37,662 nucleotides of DNA. Source: Bacteroidia bacterium (GTDB lineage: Bacteria; Bacteroidota; Bacteroidia; AKYH767-A; OLB10). The position numbers were made by a program, and so were the translations under genes. The notes below the pieces were generated by a model. The model ran no database searches. It saw nothing but the letters and a program-made list of their open reading frames with translations, and was not told where the DNA came from. The stretch lies in the NCBI GenBank assembly GCA_032111385.1, contig JAULUX010000010.1, forward strand, positions 1 to 37,662. The letters run 5' to 3'. This document shows positions 34,036 through 37,662 of the stretch, piece after piece. How positions within the stretch are numbered: the stretch's first letter is position 1; each line of letters opens with the position of its first letter.

Positions 34036-36519
34036 CTAGAATAAAAGCTGGAAACTGCCCCTGATTCCGAATTTGGAGATGTCGGGATTCTCGAGATAGC
34101 TCATCCTCCACAGGAAATCGATACGGATGATCCGGAAAATATTCTCCACCCCAAGCCCGGCTTCCACGTACGGTTTGTTGTTCAGCGAATAAAAGATATT
34201 ATCGTCGGTCTGAATACCGATATTGGCATCCTGGACCTGCCCCCAAACGGCCTTCACCTGGGCGACCTCTCTCCATTTCAGCTTACGCATAAGGGGAATT
34301 TTATCGAGGAAAAACCCGTCAAAATGGTGTGTGGCGAATCCGCTGAAGTAGTAGTCGCTGACGAACTCAAAGTAGTTCATCATATTGAAAGCGGCATAGT
34401 CGTAGAAGTAGGTTTCGTTACCGGGGTGGATTTCCAGAAGTGGATAAGGCACCTTGCCCCACGTGCGACCGGCGCTGAGCACCCAATACGTGTAACCGAA
34501 AGGGCTCAGTTTTAACCGGTCGTCGATCCTTACGGCCAGCTTCTGGTAATTAAAATCACCGCCGAGTACATCCTTGAAACCTTTGGTATACACCACTTGC
34601 AGGGTAGGATATTCACTCCCCAGGCTGATCCGGTCCACCTTACCGGCTACGAACTTCTCCCGGTAGGCAAAGCGTGTAAAAAGTGAAACCTGGGAGGTCG
34701 TGATGGTGTTCTGCACCTGTGTACGGGAATCATCCGCATAATAACTGATGTCCAGGTCGCCAAGTGGACTGAAGAGCCCGTGGCTCACTGTTATCCGGTT
34801 GGTGAGACCGGGAAACCACTCGATCTCGTACCATGCCTTCTGTGTCTCCGACGAATTGAGCTTGGTGGCCGGATTCCGGCGGAAAACGGAAGAAAGGATG
34901 TTATCATCCTGGAATGCATTGTCACTTTGCCCGAGCTGATCCACATCGAATCGGTACTTGACTCCCGCGAACTGCCGCGGGCTATCGGAGATCTTGTACC
35001 GAAAACCAGCCATGTACTTGAACCGCTGGTCGCGAAGGCCGTAAGCCAGGTAGCCTTCCAGCTGAATACGCGTACTCAGGTCATCGCTGGTACGCCCCCC
35101 CACCCGGAACCGATGTCCCTCGATGGGATTGAAACTGTAAAGGGTATAATAAGGCCCCAGTTCGAATTTACCTACATCCTTGTAGCCGGTGAAGAACATC
35201 GTGATCAGGTCCACATAAGTCTTGAAGGCGGGCAGACTGCGTATCGTATCGACCATGTGATAGATCTTCAGCTCCCGCTCCGATAGCGAATCGTGCCGGT
35301 TATCATCCCAGAACTGTTCGCTCCGCTTCAATGCTTCGGGATCCACAATGATGTTTTCGGTCCCTTTAAAAATCCATTCGGGCAAAGAAGGGGAGAGTTC
35401 GATCTTCGAATAACTTGTTGATTTTCTGCCGATGAAACTCATGCCTTCTTCCCTGGCGGCGAAGTCGAGTACAAGCATGTCCCTGGTCAACATCCAGCAC
35501 GTATCTTTCACACGGGTGTATTCCTGCACAATGGCTGCGTCCTCCACCCAATTGATATTGGCATCGTGAGCGATGCGCATGCTGATCTTACGTACGGCCC
35601 ATGTGGTATCGTGCACCCAGAACTCACCGGCGAATGTCAACTCCTGAGGACGACGGGGCTTGAATTTGAGCTTGTAGCACCACTGGTTTTCCAGGTAGGC
35701 AGAATCGAGCAGATAATACTTGTAGTAAACCAAACCTAGGTCGGAGATGGGACTGACGAAACCTTTTCCGAACAGATCGATGAAGTTCTGATAGATGTCC
35801 ACCCGCTGGTACATATCGCCAAGGAACTGCGTGATGGAGGCGTTCTCCAAACCGGAAACCTTGCTGGCTAAAATGACCTCGCGTTTGTCCTTCGGATTAT
35901 TCTTAAAATACAAGTCCGATATCGACTCGGAAATAAAGAATGGAAGGAAAGGCTTGGCATTGGTTTCACTGCTGTCAATGTTGTCCCAAACGAAAGAGAA
36001 GGGCTTCAACAGACGGTTCCCCTTGAGTTTATCAGTGATGCTGGTGAGGTCGAACTCGACCTTGTTATATACTTCGTACCGGTAGGCATCCAGTTTTCCG
36101 GGATCGTTTTGATCCTTGTGACTGATGATGTTCCGCAGGATGACATTGGCGGGATTCTCACCTGCTTTGATGACCACTTCCTGTAATTCGGTTCTTTTCG
36201 CCTTCAATGAAACATTGACCACCTGGTCCTGCCCCTTTTTCACCCGCATCTTGACATTCTCGTATCCAATGACTGTGAACAGAAGTGAGTCGCCTGGCTG
36301 ATCCGATTCGAGCCGATATCGGCCATCGAGGTCTGTATTGGTTCCTGACTGCGACCCCATGAAAACAACCGTTGTGAAAGGGATGGGCTCGTTGGTCAAC
36401 TCGTCGGTCACTTTACCGCTTATCCGTGTGGTTTGAGCATAGAGTGCATGTACACCCACAGAAAAGAACAGGCACAGCGTCAGTAGGAAAGTAAAATCTG
36501 CGCGGGCGGAGTTACTCAT
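34036..36519 (-). CDS. DUF5686-type outer-membrane protein with an N-terminal carboxypeptidase-regulatory-like domain
   Basis: I place the start at the internal ATG 36519 (MSNSARADFTFLLTLCLFFSVGVHALYAQ, 827 aa). The track start at 36795 would overlap the upstream gene. The CarboxypepD_reg block is ISGKVTDELTNEPIPFTTVVF...TNTDLDGRYRL. The C-terminus ends GIRGSFQLLF, a beta-barrel style terminal Phe. Confidence 0.7.
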   Translation of the reverse strand: MSNSARADFTFLLTLCLFFSVGVHALYAQTTRISGKVTDELTNEPIPFTTVVFMGSQSGTNTDLDGRYRLESDQPGDSLLFTVIGYENVKMRVKKGQDQVVNVSLKAKRTELQEVVIKAGENPANVILRNIISHKDQNDPGKLDAYRYEVYNKVEFDLTSITDKLKGNRLLKPFSFVWDNIDSSETNAKPFLPFFISESISDLYFKNNPKDKREVILASKVSGLENASITQFLGDMYQRVDIYQNFIDLFGKGFVSPISDLGLVYYKYYLLDSAYLENQWCYKLKFKPRRPQELTFAGEFWVHDTTWAVRKISMRIAHDANINWVEDAAIVQEYTRVKDTCWMLTRDMLVLDFAAREEGMSFIGRKSTSYSKIELSPSLPEWIFKGTENIIVDPEALKRSEQFWDDNRHDSLSERELKIYHMVDTIRSLPAFKTYVDLITMFFTGYKDVGKFELGPYYTLYSFNPIEGHRFRVGGRTSDDLSTRIQLEGYLAYGLRDQRFKYMAGFRYKISDSPRQFAGVKYRFDVDQLGQSDNAFQDDNILSSVFRRNPATKLNSSETQKAWYEIEWFPGLTNRITVSHGLFSPLGDLDISYYADDSRTQVQNTITTSQVSLFTRFAYREKFVAGKVDRISLGSEYPTLQVVYTKGFKDVLGGDFNYQKLAVRIDDRLKLSPFGYTYWVLSAGRTWGKVPYPLLEIHPGNETYFYDYAAFNMMNYFEFVSDYYFSGFATHHFDGFFLDKIPLMRKLKWREVAQVKAVWGQVQDANIGIQTDDNIFYSLNNKPYVEAGLGVENIFRIIRIDFLWRMSYLENPDISKFGIRGSFQLLF

Positions 36520-36926
36520 TTTCCGGATGAATCGCGTGCGGACTCGTTTTCCAATGCTTCCCAGAATTCCATCGCCCTCCGGGTATGAGGTATCACTATA
36601 CTGCCCCCCACCAGGTTGGCGATGGCAAAGATTTCCATCAGCTCGGGTGTAGTGAGCCCTTCCGCATGACACTTGCCCAAATGGTAGCGTATACAGTCGT
36701 CGCATCGCAATACCATGGATGAAACCAAACCGAGCATCTCTTTGGTACGCCGATCGAGGACACCCTCCTCGTATGCCGAACCATCCAGGGACCAAAAACG
36801 CTTCAGCGTCCGGTTTTCGTGTGCAAGCAGGCGGACGTTCATACGCTCGCGGTACTCATTGAAATCATGAACAATACTCATGTCGGTGGGATTGATGGAG
36901 TACGTAAAACTAACGAGTGAAGGCAC
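36516..36926 (-). CDS. carboxymuconolactone decarboxylase (AhpD-like) family protein
   Basis: 136 aa; an alternative ATG at 36881 gives 121 aa. Contains KEMLGLVSSMVLRCDDCIRYHL (the AhpD-like CxxC motif) and EIFAIANLVGGS. The stop overlaps the downstream ATG (ATGA at 36516-36519). Confidence 0.75.
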   Translation of the reverse strand: MPSLVSFTYSINPTDMSIVHDFNEYRERMNVRLLAHENRTLKRFWSLDGSAYEEGVLDRRTKEMLGLVSSMVLRCDDCIRYHLGKCHAEGLTTPELMEIFAIANLVGGSIVIPHTRRAMEFWEALENESARDSSGK

Positions 36927-36989
36927 CTCCCGGCAAGGCCTCTGGAAAAGTTTATCGACGCTTGACTTGTTGAAATAACGGCAGGATGA

Positions 36990-37662
36990 TCAAGACAATT
37001 CCTTTTCCCGGTTGGCATTGACAACAGCAGAGACGTAAATACTCAACTCATAAAGGATGAATAGCGGTATGGCGACCAGTAGTTGGGAGGTGATATCGGG
37101 AGAAGGCGTTATCAATGCGGCAATGATCAGATTGACCACCATGGCATGTCGCCTGTACTGACGCATAAATGCCGGAGTCAGCATACCCAATTTACTGAGG
37201 AAATAAACCACCATTGGCAATTCAAAAACGAGTCCGGTGGAAAGCGAAAGGACCGTAACTGTATTGATATAGGAATCCATACTGATGGCATTCGCAATTT
37301 CGGCACTGACCTGATAATTACCCAGGAAGTTGATTGACAAAGGCGTAATGATGAAATAGCCGAAAGAAAGTCCGGCGAGGAATAGCATCGAGGTAAAAAA
37401 AACGATTCCCCGGGAATACCGGATCTCCCTTTCGGACAAGGCAGGCCGGACAAATCGCCAGATCTCCCACACCAGGTAGGGGAATCCGATGACGAAACCG
37501 GTCATCAGCGCGATCCACATGTGGGTGGTGAACTGCCCGCTGATCGACAGGTTGATGACATCGAATTTCACATCCTGCAGACACATGTCCAATCCATACT
37601 TTTCAGAGAGCGAACACAGGATGCGGTATGTTAGGAAATCCGCATTCTTAGGTGCGAGAATG
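36990..37662 (-). CDS. tatC: twin-arginine translocase subunit TatC. The N-terminus lies beyond the right edge.
   Basis: The track ORF starts at an internal Met (37592), but the frame stays open to the window edge (ILAPKNADFLTYRILCSLSEKYGLD...). Typical TatC blocks are present: FPYLVWEIWRFVRPALSEREIR, FGYFIITP, LVFELPMVVYFL and ITPSPDITSQ. Confidence 0.85.
   Translation of the reverse strand, partial: ILAPKNADFLTYRILCSLSEKYGLDMCLQDVKFDVINLSISGQFTTHMWIALMTGFVIGFPYLVWEIWRFVRPALSEREIRYSRGIVFFTSMLFLAGLSFGYFIITPLSINFLGNYQVSAEIANAISMDSYINTVTVLSLSTGLVFELPMVVYFLSKLGMLTPAFMRQYRRHAMVVNLIIAALITPSPDITSQLLVAIPLFILYELSIYVSAVVNANREKELS

Noticed and set aside
36520-36795. N-terminal extension of the DUF5686 ORF overlapping the CMD-family gene
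   Set aside because: The extension is Gly/Arg-rich and not protein-like. The ATG at 36519 gives a signal peptide and a classic ATGA overlap with the upstream stop.
1-37662. Search for CRISPR arrays, tandem repeats, transposases, integrases, phage genes, toxin-antitoxin pairs or known defence-system signatures
   Set aside because: The intergenic spacers are all 201 nt or shorter and non-repetitive. No ORF shows nuclease, recombinase, ATPase-defence or phage-like motifs. A manual scan cannot exclude short dispersed repeats inside coding regions.

Overview
This is a densely coding chromosomal segment (about 95% coding, roughly 50% GC by eye). It almost certainly comes from a member of Bacteroidota. 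The evidence is T9SS C-terminal sorting domains of both classes, a PorV-like/PorU-like gene pair, an IPExxxVDY-family protein, a DUF5686 outer-membrane protein, and TAnnTTTG-type -7 boxes.

I support about 28 protein-coding genes. Housekeeping genes: tadA (partial), pyk, an M42 peptidase, tyrS, kdsB, a futalosine-pathway radical SAM enzyme, pepA, pdxA, pssA, purS, lptB and tatC (partial). Cell-surface and envelope genes are interleaved with them:
- A two-gene unit encoding a pentaheme c-type cytochrome and an FG-GAP/ASPIC (CRTAC1-like) protein, both ending in T9SS type A sorting domains.
- An RnfD/NqrB-like membrane protein tightly followed by a DUF2330 protein.
- An 873 aa adhesin-like protein with a T9SS type B (gliding-motility C-terminal) domain.
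- A PorV-like barrel gene followed 6 nt later by an unusually long (1676 aa) C25 cysteine peptidase of PorU type.

I found no rRNA, tRNA, CRISPR array, transposase, integrase or obvious prophage or defence genes.

The three most interesting candidates for something not yet described are the T9SS-addressed multiheme cytochrome unit, the RnfD-like/DUF2330 pair, and the atypical PorV/PorU-like module. All functional calls come from reading the supplied translations and recognising motifs from memory. No database search was run.
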